Shown here: in pieces, positions 63,810-64,000 of the stretch | How positions within the stretch are numbered: the first letter of the stretch is position 1 | Layout of the letters: each line of letters opens with the position of its first letter | Assembly (NCBI RefSeq): GCF_030651495.1 | Contig: NZ_JAUSFI010000098.1 | Span: forward strand, 8,676-72,675 | DNA: 64,000 nt | Source of the DNA: Undibacterium sp. | Lineage (GTDB): Bacteria > Pseudomonadota > Gammaproteobacteria > Burkholderiales > Burkholderiaceae_D | Reading direction: 5' to 3' | Notes under the pieces: model-generated | Database searches by the model: none | Seen by the model: only the letters and a program-made list of their open reading frames with translations | Told to the model about the DNA's origin: nothing | Translations under genes and position numbers: made by a program

Positions 63810-63998
63810 CTATGCTTGAATATACACCTTCGCCGTTTGTCCCTGATAGCGCAGCAAAGCATCAGCAGTTCGTTGGAGGTTTTCCACACTCTGATTGTCA
63901 TTACGTGACAATGCGCATTCTATCCCAGCCTGAATTTTGGCAAAAACATTCACCAGCGAATCAGAAGTTGCGGTGAAAGAGCCGTCAGTTCCGATTTG
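63810..63998 (-). CDS. possible 3' end of a gene entering from beyond the window
   Basis: Open frame QIGTDGSF...KVYIQA* from the right edge; no family recognised. Confidence 0.3.
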   Translation of the reverse strand, partial: QIGTDGSFTATSDSLVNVFAKIQAGIECALSRNDNQSVENLQRTADALLRYQGQTAKVYIQA

Positions 63999-64000
63999 GA

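Noticed and set aside
24-63976. Numerous short ORFs antisense to or overlapping recognised genes (e.g. 976-1386, 49476-50018), and the N-terminal extensions given for kbl, umuD, umuC, dtcB and TetR
   Set aside because: Shadow ORFs with no family motifs or RBS; the extensions overlap neighbours or regulatory sites.
1-64000. tRNA or rRNA genes
   Set aside because: None recognised by eye, including at the island boundaries; tRNAscan-SE would confirm.

Overview
Betaproteobacterial chromosome segment; the gene set looks Oxalobacteraceae-like (inference). 1-13.0 kb is housekeeping: TRAP permease, argH, an AlgZ/AlgR-type two-component pair, kbl-tdh-sdaA with a divergent XRE regulator, thrC, EamA, DUF1272 and a fluoride-type CLC exporter with a degenerate fluoride riboswitch. 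A dif-like XerCD site lies at 13116-13143, followed directly by a ~29 kb island bracketed by clusters of an 18-bp TTACGT-containing motif and a 186-bp direct repeat. In the island, a KfrA_N coiled-coil gene and an intact tyrosine recombinase point away from each other, 23 kb apart. Three directly oriented 11-6-11 sites (14631, 31757, 37571) divide that interval into two cargo blocks. Block 1 holds a LexA-box-controlled SRAP/VRR-NUC/DinG-helicase plus umuDC repair module, small paralogous ORFs, a HEPN-like gene, a nuclease-TPR-GreA-C-PIN protein and a catalytically degenerate recombinase. Block 2 holds a Detocs-type defence operon. This suggests a dif-anchored, integron-like cargo-capture platform, the best candidate for a new system (inference). 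Remnants of a second related element follow (KfrA 3' end, 5'-truncated umuC), then an acyl-CoA metabolism cluster and accessory membrane/export genes.
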